Of a DNA stretch of 64,000 nt, positions 49,510 to 61,499 are shown in pieces. Source of the DNA: Hypanus sabinus (taxonomy: Eukaryota). Where the stretch lies: the NCBI RefSeq assembly GCF_030144855.1, contig NC_082725.1, positions 5,766,001-5,830,000 of the forward strand. Direction: 5' to 3'. The translations under genes and the position numbers were made by a program. Position 1 is the stretch's first letter; every line of letters starts with the position of its first letter. Under the pieces are notes generated by a model. That model searched no databases. It was given only the letters and a program-made list of their open reading frames with translations, and was not told where the DNA came from.

Positions 49510-51080
49510 TAAGTTCAAGTAAATTTGGGCATTCAATCAGTATGCAAAAGACAACAAACTATGCAGATAAAAAACAAAGGAATAATAATAATAATAATAA
49601 ATAAATAAACCATAAATATCAAGAATGTGAGATGAAGAGTATTGAAAGTGAGTCTAGAGGTTGTGGGAACATTTCAATGATGGACAAGTAATATTAAGTG
49701 AAATTATCCCATTTGATTTAAGAGCCTGATGGTTGAGGGGTAATAACTGTTCCTGAACCTGATGCTGAGAGTCCTGAGGCTGCTGTAGCTTCTTCCTGAT
49801 GGCAGCAGCGAGAAAACGGCATGACCTGGGATCCCTGATGATGGATGATGAGCCATATCCACTGCTCTTTGTATGATTTTCTATTCAAAGGCACTGGTGT
49901 TTCTATTCCAGGCTGTGATGCAACCAATCAATATACTCTTCACCTCGCATCTATAGATGTTTGTCAAAGTTTTAGGTGTCATGCTGAATCTTCACAACTT
50001 CCTGATGACGTGCCGAGTCCAGGACAGATCCTCTGAAATGATAACACCAAGGAATTTAAAGTTGCTGACCTTCTCTACCTCTGATCCTCCAATGCAGGCA
50101 GGCTCATGGACCTCTATTTTCCTCCTCCTGAAGTCAACAATCAGCTCTTTGGAGTTGCTAACAATGAGTAAGAATTTGTTGCTGTGGCACCACTCAACCA
50201 AATTTCCAATTTCCCTCCTATATGCCAATTCATCACCACCTTTGATTCAGCCTACAAAAGTGGAGTCAACAGCAAACTTGAATATAACATTGGAGCTGTG
50301 CTTAGCCACACAATCTTAAGTGTAAGGCGAGTACAGCGGAAGGCTAAGCACACAGCTTTGTGGTGCACCTCCGCTGATGGAAATTGTGGAGGAGATGTTG
50401 TTACCAATCCAAACTGAATGGGGTCTGCAAATGATGAAATCAAGGATCCAAATGCAGAAGGAAGCATTGAGGCCAAAGTCTTGTATGTTTTTAATTAGCT
50501 CTGAGAGGATGATGGTACTGAATGCGAAACTGTAGTTGATAAAGAGCAACCTGATGTATACACCTTTGTTTTCCAGATGATCTAGGGTTACGTGAAGAGC
50601 CAATGAGATTGCACCTGCTGAAAATCTGTTGCTTTGGTAGGCAACTTGGAGCTGATACAAGTCGCTTTTCAGGCAGGAGTTAACACATTTCACCACCAAC
50701 ATATAACCATCGAGGCAGGTTACCATGATCTTCTTAGACACTAGTGAAGTCAGCTTGAAGAAGGTGGGTACTTTAGACTGCTGAAGCAAGAAGTTAAAGA
50801 TCTCAGTGAACACTCCAGCCACTTGATGAGCACAGGTTTTTAAGCACTTGACCAGGAGCCCCGTCTGGGCAGGATCCTTTTTGTGGGTTCACCCTCCTCA
50901 AGGCTGCTAGTACGTTGGTTGGCCTCAGAGACTGAAATCACAGGATCATCAGGGGCTGGGGGAATTCATGATAGTTCCACCATGTTTTGGAGAATGTATT
51001 GCTTGCCTATAAGCGAAGCCCTGTTGTCACCTATGTTGCTTGAGTTTACTTTATAAGAGGTGATAGCATTCAAGCCAACA
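49510..51080 (-). mobile_element. Rex1/Babar LINE RT fragment, decayed
   Basis: ORFs 50316-50822 (YIRLLFINYSFAFSTI, GAPQSCVLS) and 49992-50228 (KELIVDFRR, FKFLGV). Confidence 0.82.
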
Positions 51081-51456
51081 TGATGCTAACTGCAAGCACA
51101 ATAGCTCCTCTCAATATCCAAAATGCTAGAAAATGTAAGTGGAAAAAAAGAAATCTAATAGGAGAGGAGAGTGAATCATAGAAGAAAGGGAAGAAGAAGG
51201 GTACCAGTGATAGACAGGTAAGGAGAGAAGGCAAGAGGCCAGCATGGGGGAATTGAAGAAACGGGAAAAGGAGGAAAATTACCGGAAAATAGAAATACTA
51301 TCACTTCCAATTTATAGCATTCAATTCTCAGAATACAGTTTCATAAACATTAAAGGAAATCAAATGTAGATCAATCTACAATGGCATCTTTAAATTCCTA
51401 GTTGTCAATTATTTCAGCTACTATTCCACACTGAGCTGTTGACCTGTCTTTGGTAT

Positions 51457-51672
51457 TGTAGCGGTGTGCTACACGCAGCGCTAAAATTACGACACGGAGT
51501 CGGTAACTGCAGTCGAAGGAAAAAAACTTTATTCGAAATCTTCAGCCTCACTTTTAAGCCTCCCTCAACCTGCCCCCCATGGCGCAGAGGCTCCAAAGCT
51601 CTGTGCTCGCAAACCCCCGTAGGCTATCTAATTGTGAGTCGGTTCGGATGTGCCAGGAAATGGGTCGCCTCA
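51457..51672 (-). repeat. 3' LTR of the Gypsy element
   Basis: TG...CA; preceded on the minus strand by polypurine tract gggaggggg. Confidence 0.92.
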
Positions 51673-53763
51673 TAACCCCCTCCCAGAACTGGCGATACAC
51701 CCCCCAATGCCCACAGTCTGGGCCAGAACCTGCTTGGGAGGCCGGCCTCTGCGCCGAGGTGCCGGAAACTCGGCCGGTTGCGCCAGGTCCACATGGGCCG
51801 GTTTGAGGCGGTCCACCGTGAAAACCTCCTCTTTCCCCCCAAAGTCCAGCACGAACGTGGACCCGTTGTTCCGGAGGACCATAAACAGCCCCTCGTATGG
51901 CCACTGCAGCGGTGGCCGATGCCCGCCCCTTCGTACAAACACAAACTTACAGTTCTGTAGGTCTTTGGGTACGCAGGTCGGGTGCCGCCCGTGCTATGAA
52001 GTGGGTATGGGGGCCAGGTTACCGAGCTTCTCGCGTAGTCTGCCCAGGACTGCTGCGGGATCTTCCTCTTGCCCCCTTGGGGCTGGTAGGAACTCCCCGG
52101 GGACGACCAGGGGCGCGCCGTATACCAACTCGGCCGACGAGGCGTGCAGGTCGTCCTTGGGCGCTGTGCGGATGCCGAGTAGGACCCAGGGAAACTCGTC
52201 CGCCCAGTTGGCTCCTCGCAGGCGGGCCATGAGGGCCGACTTCAGGTGACGGTGGAAACGCTCCACTAGCCCATTCGACTGTGGGTGGTAGGCAGTGGTG
52301 TGGTGCAGCTGAGTCCCCAAAAGGCTGGCCATAGCTGACCACAGGCTGGAGGTGAACTGGGCGCCTCTGTCGGAGGTAATATGGGCTGGTACACCAAAGC
52401 GAGATATCCAGTTGGCGATCAGGGCTCGGGCGCAAGATTCGGAGGTGGTGTCGGTGAGCGGGACCGCCTCTGGCCATCTTGTGAACCGGTCCACGATAGT
52501 CAGGAGGTGCCGCGCTCCACGCGACACTGGCAGGGGGCCCACGATATCCACATGAATGTGGTTGAAACGCCGGTGGGCGGGATGGAACTGCTGCGGTGGG
52601 GATTTGGTGTGCCGCTGCACCTTGGCCGCCTGGCAGTGCATGCACGTTTTGGCCCATTCACTGACCTGTTTGCGGAGTCCGTGCCAAACGAACCTGCTGG
52701 AAACCATCCGGACAGTTGTCCGGATGGAAGGATGCGCCGAGTTATGAATGGAGTCGAAAACGCGGCGCCGCCAGGCTGTCGGGATGACGGGGCGGGGCTG
52801 GCCGGTGGCGACGTCACAGAGCAGGGTCCTCTCACCCGGGCCCACAGGGAGGTCCTGGAGCTGCAAACCAGAGACTGCGGTTCTGTAACTCGGAATCTCC
52901 TCATCCGCCTGCTGCGCCTCTGCCAGTGCCTCAAAGTCTACCCCTTGGGAAAGGGCATGAACGGTAGGGCGAGAGAGCGCATCCGCCACAACATTGTCCT
53001 TACCCGAGACGTGCCGGACATCCGTCGTGTATTCAGAGATGTAGGACAGGTGGCGTTGCTGGCGGGACGACCAGGGGTCGGACGCTTTCGTAAACGCAAA
53101 GGTAAGCGGTTTGTGGTCCGTGAACGCGGTGAAGGGCCGACCTTCTAGGAAGTACCTGAAATGCCGGATTGCCAGGTAGAGCGCCAACAGTTCCCGGTCG
53201 AAAGCACTGTATTTGAGCTCGGGTGGTCGCAGGTGTTTGCTGAAAAACGCCAGGGGTTGCCAGCGACCTGCGATGAGTTGCTCCAGCACCCCACCGACTG
53301 CCCTGTTTGATGCGTCCACTGTGAGGGCGGTAGGGGCGTCCATTCTGGGATGTACTAGCATTGCGGCGTCCGCCAAAGCTTCCTTCGTTTGAACGAAAGC
53401 GGCGGCGGACTCCTCGTCCCAGGTAATGTCCTTGCTCGGACCCGACATCAGGGCGAACAGGGGGCGCATGATCCGGGCAGCTGAAGGGAGGAAGCGGCGG
53501 TAGAAATTGACCATACCTACGAATTCCTGAAGGCCTTTGATCGTGATGGGTCGGGGAAAGAGGCGGACCACATCTACCTTAGCGGGCAGAGGGGTTGCCC
53601 CGTCTTTAGTAATCCTGTGGCCCAGGAAGTCAATGGTATCGAGTCCGAACTGGCATTTGGCGGGGTTGAACCGGCGTCCCGACCTTCTATCCCACACATA
53701 CAGGAGGCTATCCCGATGGCCAGCCGCCGTAGCCATCAGCGGCGGCTGGCCCTGGCGTTTCCC
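51670..53763 (-). pseudogene. Gypsy pol remnant: RT thumb, RNase H and integrase; in-frame TAG at 51994-51996 before the GPY/F tail
   Basis: KCQF..FLGH, VDAS..RELLA..TDHKPL, HHCC, D-D-35-E (VDIVGP, SDRG, ERFH). Confidence 0.9.
53706..53763 (-). promoter_or_regulatory. -1 programmed ribosomal frameshift signal (gag-pol)
   Basis: G GGA AAC slippery heptamer in the gag frame, 5-nt spacer, 12-bp GC stem, loop-tail pairing ggcta/tagcc. Confidence 0.75.
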
Positions 53764-54376
53764 GGGAGCTTGCAGGGTGGGCGACAACGGCGGGCTTCTG
53801 CGCCCCACCGCTCGTGGTTAAAGCACCAGTGTTCATTGGGCCGGGGGTTGGCGGGCTCTGCGGCCAGGCCTGGACTGGTTTGCTGCCGGGAGCGTGGCTG
53901 GGAGATCTGTGCGATGGACGCCCCGCTCACCTTTTTGGCGTTCCACAGCAAGTCCGCCCGGGCTGCCACCTTCCGGGGGTCACTGAAATCCCCGTTGGAC
54001 AGCAGCAGGCGTATGTCCTCGGGCAGCTGCTCCAGGAATGCCTGCTCAAACATGAGGCTGGGTGTGTGTCCGTCGGCCAGAGACAACATCTCATTCATTA
54101 AAGCCGATGGAGGTCTGTCGCCCAAGCCATCCAGGTGCAGTAAACAGGCAGCCCGCTCGCGCCGTGAGAGTCCGAAAGTCCTGAGGAGCAGGGCTTTGAA
54201 TTCCGTGTACTTGCCATCTGCCGGGGGCGACTGTACGAACACCGCGACCTGGGCCGCTGTGTCCTGGTCGAGGGAGCTCACCACGTAGTAGTAGGCTGGA
54301 ACCATAGGTTCGGGTGCTGTGTCCAGAAACCCGGCAGTTTCAACGAAACCGCATGAACAGAGGCGGCGTCGGTCAT
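53736..54376 (-). pseudogene. Gypsy gag with an N-terminal frameshift/deletion
   Basis: MTDAASVHAVSLKLPGFW.. then YYYVVSSLD..; C-x2-H-x9-C-x3-C knuckle (CFNHERWGAEARRCRPPC). Confidence 0.82.
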
Positions 54377-54416
54377 TTCTGGTCCAAAAATCGTTTGGAC
54401 CGTCGGGGTCACCAAT

Positions 54417-54632
54417 TGTAGCGGTGTGCTACACGCAGCGCTAAAATTACGACACGGAGTCGGTAACTGCAGTCGAAGGAAAAAAACTTTATTCGAAATC
54501 TTCAGCCTCACTTTTAAGCCTCCCTCAACCTGCCCCCCATGGCGCAGAGGCTCCAAAGCTCTGTGCTCGCAAACCCCCGTAGGCTATCTAATTGTGAGTC
54601 GGTTCGGATGTGCCAGGAAATGGGTCGCCACA
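54417..54632 (-). repeat. 5' LTR of the Gypsy element
   Basis: TG...CA; adjacent primer binding site TGGTGACCCCGAC (about 54402-54414, minus), complementary to the tRNA-Trp 3' end. Confidence 0.92.
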
Positions 54633-55283
54633 GTATCTTGCATTGTCCCAATGAAGCCTAATGCAATTTCAGGGAAACATCATATATTTCAACTTGGCAT
54701 ATGGCAGCCTCTCGGACTTAATAATGAACTCAGCTATTTCAGATATTTTTTCGTTTTGATAAAAGGTCATCTATCTGCCATTTTGTCCGTTTCTCTTTCC
54801 ATGCCTGATGCGAGAGTTTCCACATTGTCTATTTGTAACTCAAAAGTCACCGTGGCCATAGGCAGTGGTATGGGCACACAGGCAGTACTGCTACCTCACA
54901 GCTCCAGAGACCTGGGTTCAATCCTGACCCCCAGTGCTGTCCATGCAAGTTTGCATGTTCTCTCTGTGACTGTACGGATTTTCTCCAGGTGCTCGTTTCC
55001 TCCCACATACAAAATTCATGGAGATTAATAGGTTAATTAACCACTGAAATTGCCCTCGGTCTGGATGTGAGTGAAAAATCTGTAGCAAGTTGATGGGAGT
55101 GTGGGGAGAATAAAAGAAAAAAACATCTGGAGCAGTGCACAGTTAGTGAACCAAAGAAACGGTGTAACATCCAAAACTATAAAGTTTCCATTAGTAACAA
55201 CTCTTTATCAAAATAATTGAAAGAATAGAAATTACTCATTTCACGGGAACAATAAATTCTACAGATAACTAATAATTTCCCAC

Positions 55284-55472
55284 CTGAGTGACGGGCTCCA
55301 CTGAACCAATGTACGAGTCAGGACGAAGAAGAATGTGTTCTAACTGTGTCTTCTTCTGATAAACTCTCTCCACAGACATTTTCTTGGAAGCCTCTGGCAT
55401 CTTTTTTGAAGAGTCAGCTTTGGCATTCGTTTCTTCCTTACTTGGAAGATTTTTCTGATTGCTGAACAATGT
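55284..55472 (-). CDS. TOP2B: TOP2B exon ~2 (TLFSNQ...GSVEPVTQ)
   Basis: tag acceptor, gtggga donor, 189 nt; YQKKTQLEHILLRPD motif. Confidence 0.93.
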
Positions 55473-55729
55473 CTACAGAACAAAAAGTTGTTAAAATTAC
55501 TACTTAAAAAAGGTACTTTCTGGAAACTATGGATTTTAATCTTAAATTATTAGCAAATCTAATCCTCATCATGTTATAGTTTCAAACTTATTTTGATTGT
55601 ACAGAATCATTTCACAGAAATAAATATAGAATTATGCTTACAAATTGTTATTGACCAGTTTTAAAATAAAAATCAAAAATTTCAACCAGCAGCAAATCGG
55701 TAACTGGCATCTGACCTCAAAGAGAATGT

Positions 55730-56335
55730 CCAAAAAGAGCCATGAGGTAACAGCTATACAAGACCTTAGTTACACCCCCACTTGGAGTACTGTGTTCAGT
55801 TCTGGTCAGCTCATTACAGGAAGGATCTGGATACTATACAGAGAATGCAGAAGAGATTTATAAGGATGTTGCCTGGATTGGAGAGCATTCCTTATGAGAA
55901 TAGGCTGAGTAAACTTAGCCTTTTCTCCTTGGAGTGATGGAGGATGATAGAGGTACCTCAGCAGTCTAAGGTAACCTGATAGAGGTATATAAGATGATGA
56001 GAAGCATTGATTGTGTGGCTAGCCAGAGGCGTTTTTCCCAGGGCTGAAATAGCTAGCACAAGGGGGCATAGTTTTAAGGTGCTTGGAAGTAAGTACAAGG
56101 GGGATGTCAGAGATGAGTTTTTCCACACAGACAGTGGTGGGTGCATGGAATGTACGGCCAGCGAAGGTGGTAGGGCTGGCTACAATAGGGTCTTTTAAGA
56201 GACTCTTTGATAGGTACACGGAGCTTGGAAAAATATGCGGTAGGGAAATTCTAGGCAGCTTCTAGAGTAGGTCCTATGGATGGCACAACATTGTGAGCCA
56301 AAAGGCCTGTAATGTGCTGAAGATTTTTTTATGTT
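55730..56335 (+). mobile_element. CR1 3' fragment
   Basis: Closely similar to the reverse complement of 39200-39740. Confidence 0.82.
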
Positions 56336-56616
56336 TTAACTATCACTTTAACTATCAAAACAACTGATATAATACTGTCTGAGTATACAGTCAAATTATA
56401 GATTTCTTCCAGCTAGAATAAAACTATTTCAGAAAGTTAGAGATTTTAACAAAATTAGAACATACATTTAGAACAATGTTTAATCATTCATTTGCTGGGC
56501 AACTCCTTTAGCTTTAAAGCCATCAAAACCTGTTTGTTCTTGATGTATGTTGGCATGTCAAAGTTTAAATTCCAGCTACTTTTAATGGCTTCACTTCACT
56601 GCAGGGAAGACTGCAT

Positions 56617-59546
56617 TGTAAGGTAACGTAATAGGTGACAGTTGACACATATTCTTCATAGTAGAAATACTGTCATTGAGTTGTAGTGTTCACATTAAGA
56701 GATGGCGCCTGAAGCAAAGACAACAGTGTAAGATGATTGCTTTTGTTAAGCACATAAAACGACTCATGTTTTACTTACAAAATCCTACATTGGTGACCCC
56801 AGTGCTCTCCAACAATTCCAGAGTTACTCAACGACAAATCCACCAACACAGTTACTTTGAAGCTGCCAGAGTTTTAAGAGCAGCACACTACCATGTGGTT
56901 TGCACAGACGAAAGCCTGGTCTGCACTGCAAGAAATCATCATGGACTATACCAAACATTACTATGTCATAGCATCGCTAAGTAGTTTCACTGCAGCCAGA
57001 GTGGTGAGTCTACTAAAAGACTCACCTGCACATGATAACTATGTCCCTCTGAAAACTCAACTATAACAGACTTTTGGACTTCTGAATCTGAGTGCGCCAA
57101 ACAATTGCTTTCTTTACCCGGTCTTCAGAACCAATGGATCTCATGGTATCTCCTGGGCAATAACCACCCTTGTTACATTTTTAAAGAACTCTTTTTGCAA
57201 CAAATGCATGATCAAGTTCATACAGCCCTCACTAATACACCCATGAAGGACTATAAGAAGCTTGCTAAAATGGCTGATAGTCTACACTCAGCCAGGCAGA
57301 GATACATCGTTCCTCCTCCTTTCCCTATCTAAATAAGCCCATCAGCAGACTCACGCCCACAGCTCCAAATCATACAATGCCAGAACTAAGTTCTTAGCAC
57401 ACACACTTAGGCATGAACACCAAGAAGTGCCAACCACCATGTAGCTTCAAGAGAGCCAGCACATCGGAAGTCTGTGAATACCGTGGGTTCCAGCCTCCAG
57501 GATCATCTATTGATAATTACGCACACCCTTTCAGGGCAATGCTTCCTGTATGACACAGGTGCTCAAGTGAATGTGCTGCCAGCATTGCCCATTGAATTTA
57601 AGTCAGAGAGCAATGAACCCTAGCAAGAGGCCATCAACAGCAGCAGAATCCAGACTTATGGGATTCGACACGTGACACTCCACATCAGTGGACAAAGCTA
57701 TAGGTGGGACTTTGGCTTGGCTAAAGTTGCTAGACCTCTGCTCAGCACAAATTTACTGTGGTGCCAAAGGACTGTTAGTAGACCTTAAGAAGTGCCGGAC
57801 TGCAGACGCAAAAAACATTGGGTCATTACCCCATACCCTTAGTAAGTTCCCCACGATGACTGTTTAGCAGATACACCACCATACATTCACCTGCTGGATG
57901 AATTCCCAAATCTCACCAAGCCCACATTTTTTACTATAATCACAGAGCATGGAGTCAAGCACCACATTTCTGCAACTGGCTCGCCAGTCTACACATAGAC
58001 TGGACTCAGGAAAGCTAGCAGGTACAGGGGCTGAGTTTGCTCACATGGAAATGCTTGGCATTGTACGCAAGTGAAATAGCCCTTTTGGGCTTCACATCTT
58101 CACATGGTCCCTAAGCCATCAATGGTGGTTGCTGTCTATGTGGCGATTACCACCACCTTAACGAAGCCACCAGCCCCGATCATCACAAAGTCCCACGTTT
58201 TCAAGACTTTTTGGCATGCTTAGCCAGAAAGATACCTTTTCCTAAAGTGGACTTAGTCAGGGACTACCATCAGGTGCCTGTGTGTACTGAGGACATTTTC
58301 AAAACAGCTGTTATAACAGCTGAAAAATGCAGTACAGACTTTCCAGTGACTAATGGATTCTGTGTTAAAACACTCAGACTTTCTTTTTCTTTACCTGGGC
58401 TACATACTTGTCACCAGCACATCCAAAACTGAACACTTATCATAGCTCCACACACTTTCCAAGCACTTAAGACAACATGAGCTGATTATTAACGCAACTA
58501 AATGCCAGTTTGGGTTGTCTAGTTAACTTTCTCCTCCACCACAACTCCGCAGAAAATGCAAAACCTTTGCAGACAAAAGGTGCTGCTAAATGGATTTCCC
58601 ACTGCTCCGCACTACCAAAGCACTGCAAGAGTTTTTAGTTTTGGTGAATTTCTATCATCATTTCATTCTGCAAGATGCTGAACTTGTGCTCTCCTTACAT
58701 AGTGCCCTTAAAGGCAGTGTCCCTAATCACATGCTTGAGTGGTCAGTGGACATGACCAGAGCAATTGACAAAACCAACAAACTCTTTCAAATGTAACCCT
58801 ACTGCACACCCATTCCCCAACACACATATAGCCATCACTATTGACACCTCGGACTATGCTGTGGGTGCTGTGCACTAACAGTTGGTTAAAGGCATGTGGC
58901 GGCTGCTAAATTTCTTCAGTCAACAGCTCAGCCCCCCCTACCCTTCCTCCCAAGAGCAAGTACAACATGTTTGACCACAAGTTTCTCAGTCTCTATCTTA
59001 CCATTCACCACTTTCTCTTTCTACTGTAGGGTCAGCATCTCATAACATTCCTAGACCACAAATCCCTCATGCATGTGACAGCCAAAGCATCAGGCCCTTG
59101 GTCTGCACAGCAGCAATGCCACCTGGCCTACACTTCAGAACTCATGACTGACATACAGCACATTGAAAGGAACAGTAATGCTGTGGATGATTGCCTCTAA
59201 TGGCCCGCCATTGATGCCATACACATCAGGGTTGGCTATGTTGGCACAGCAGCCAACCAAGCTACTGATCCAGAGGTCCAGGCTTACAGAACAACAGTCA
59301 TGGGCCTGCAGCAGGGGAAATGTAAAGGGTAACAGATGATACATATTATTCATAGTAGAAATGGTTCTATATAATTTATAAACACTGTCATTGAGTTGTT
59401 GTGTTCGCTTTAAGAAATGCTGTCTGACCTAATGACATCAGTGCAAAGTGATAGCTTTTGTTTTTCATTCGTAATGGAAGTAAAGGGCTGTGGCTTTTGT
59501 TAAGCACATAAAACATGCCTCGCTTGTTTTATTCAAAAATCCTACA
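56617..59546 (+). mobile_element. Old Gypsy (CsRn1-like) LTR element, heavily decayed, integrase deleted
   Basis: Diverged LTRs 56617-56789 and 59321-59546; primer binding site tggtgacccc; TSD gcat/gtat; remnants DTGA, KVDLVRDYHQVP, LQEFL.LVNFY. Confidence 0.82.
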
Positions 59547-59979
59547 GTATCCATTATGATACATTTCAAAGCTTACTAATAAACTATGCATGCATCAAAG
59601 TCTCAAATTAGATATTAGCTCTATGATCAAATGACAATCTAAAACTTGAATTATTATGAATCAAAAAGCTTCAAATCAATATTGCTACAAATTAACTTTA
59701 AACTTGCTAGAGTTCACTGTAAAAGTACCCCATCTATATTTCCACTTGCTTTGACAAGTGCAGCTTCAACACATTCAAAAATCTCAACAATCACCAAACA
59801 AGATATAGCAGTTCACTTAATAGACATCTCATCGACAACCATTCATTCACTCCATCCATCAGTGAGCCACAGAAGCAGCAACTAAGAAAGCACCTTCCAG
59901 ACAAAGTAATGACAAAACAAACCCCTGACCTCTGCCAGCTAGAAAGACAAGGATGTAGTTTCCATCACTGAGAAATATA

Positions 59980-60420
59980 ACATTATTGTGTCTACGCTTT
60001 CTGAGGAGTTTCAGGCATGCAAGGCTCCCTGCCCCCATTGTAACAACTTTCCACAAGAGCACCACTGAGAGTGTCCTGACCAGCTGCATCATTGTAGTAT
60101 GGAAGCTGCAAGGCAACAGACTGCAAGACCCTTCAGAGGATGGTAAAAACCACTGACAGGAACACCAGGGTTTCCCTCACCTCTATTTGTGATATTTACC
60201 ATGAATATTATATATGAAAGGTCCACACAGCATTCTTGCTGTTTCCCTATTCTGTGCACTTCACATGCATTTTGAATTATATTTTATTAACTTGTTTGTG
60301 GTAATGTTTTATGTACTGTGTGTGATATATGGATTGTGGGTGCAGTATCATCTGGAGGAACATTGTTTTGTCTAGTTTTATATAAGTACAGTGAGATGAC
60401 AATAAACATGAACTTGAACA
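59980..60420 (+). mobile_element. Rex1/Babar 3' fragment inside an older LINE remnant
   Basis: gagagtgtcctgaccagctgcatc motif; aataaacatgaacttgaac tail. Confidence 0.55.
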
Positions 60421-61499
60421 TGTAGATATCTCCAGATCTCAAGGACTGCAAAAATTTCAAGAAGGCTGTTCACCACCACCTATGCAATTAGGACGGACAA
60501 GTAAATGTTGACTAAGCGAGCAAAGCCCACATTTCTTAAATGAATGAAATAAAAATCTATTTCTCAGGTTGTAAAAGGCGGCCAATATCTCTTCTGATAT
60601 TTCAGATTTTTAAAATTAAATTCAACATGACCCTGCAAAAGAAACATTAATCAGGGAAATTAGAATAACTTTATTCTCCTTTCCTCTGGTACTGATTCTT
60701 CAGGGGCAGAACTAATGATACTGTCTGGTCAGCTAGGCTTTTTGTACAGCTTTGATATGCACTCCACAGCTCCTAGACATTCCTTTGGTTTCTCCACTAA
60801 CTTACAAGGTGGCTTCACCTTACAGCTCATCATCACTGCATCACTGGCCTCACCAATTCAGAAATATTTATTTTGTTTGATTCATATCCACTTGCCACCC
60901 AAAAACTCCTCTTTGCAACTTACAAGTACGTTGTACCCCAGTTGCAGCAGTTCTGGTTATGGACATCTACCATTTTGAAATTCACAAATCACTAACAAAA
61001 ATATGAGAATTGGAATAAAAATTCACTTTCAAAGAAGTTAAGCGAGACAAGTAACTAAATAAACAAAATTACAAAGAAACAACAATTTTTGTCACTTTCT
61101 GTCAAAGGTATGCATTATGGAAAAATTGCCATATTTTTGTCTGTAATGCAAGGCTATCCTGCAACTTGTTCTCTCTTTTTCCTCCCATTGACGAGTATTT
61201 GACCAAAATGTTAACCATATTTCTCTTTCAATATTTCTTGCATTGCTTGCTCAATCTTTACTTTTATCTTTGACTTCCTGTGTGTGTGCACGCGTACACA
61301 TATATATCAAGACAAATGAAATACAAGGAATATTAATTGATTCTCAAACTAAAGTAAATGAACGTTGACTATGGACAATCGAAAATAATGAAGTTTCCCT
61401 TTATTTTGCATTAAAAAATCCAAAGACAACAGAACTGATTAACTTAAGGTTCTAGCCCCATGTAAGAAATACGTTTTGAAGTGTTCCTATTCTTTTTGA

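Larger units (their letters stand above)
51457..54632 (-). mobile_element. Young Ty3/Gypsy LTR retrotransposon (CsRn1-like), protease and RT deleted
   Basis: 216-bp LTRs differing at 1 site by eye; 4-bp TSD GTAT; tRNA-Trp primer binding site; polypurine tract; gag CHCC; RNase H and integrase. Confidence 0.94.
1840..55472 (-). other. TOP2B: TOP2B gene body, partial (about exons 2-30; extends beyond both window ends)
   Basis: Spliced exons give a continuous type IIA topoisomerase: GHKL ATPase, TOPRIM (EGDSA, PLRGKILN, MTDQDQDGSH), catalytic SPRYIF. Beta-like N-terminus (TLFSNQ..SVERVYQKK) and C-terminal NPWSDSESKS. Confidence 0.96.

Noticed and set aside
51994-51996. TAG in integrase as programmed read-through
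   Set aside because: More simply a CAG-to-TAG mutation in an already defective copy; no supporting structure seen.
54865-54935. tRNA-like A/B boxes
   Set aside because: Head of a V-SINE, not a tRNA gene; it continues into the SINE body and no full cloverleaf is evident.
51414-55028. Many overlapping 60-255 aa ORFs on both strands
   Set aside because: Alternate-frame or antisense ORFs of the GC-rich Gypsy element and its LTRs; no independent protein motifs.
1840-55472. Alternative call of TOP2A
   Set aside because: The N-terminal TLF..Q / SVERVYQ and C-terminal EFDEE and NPWSD.ESKS segments resemble the beta paralogue.
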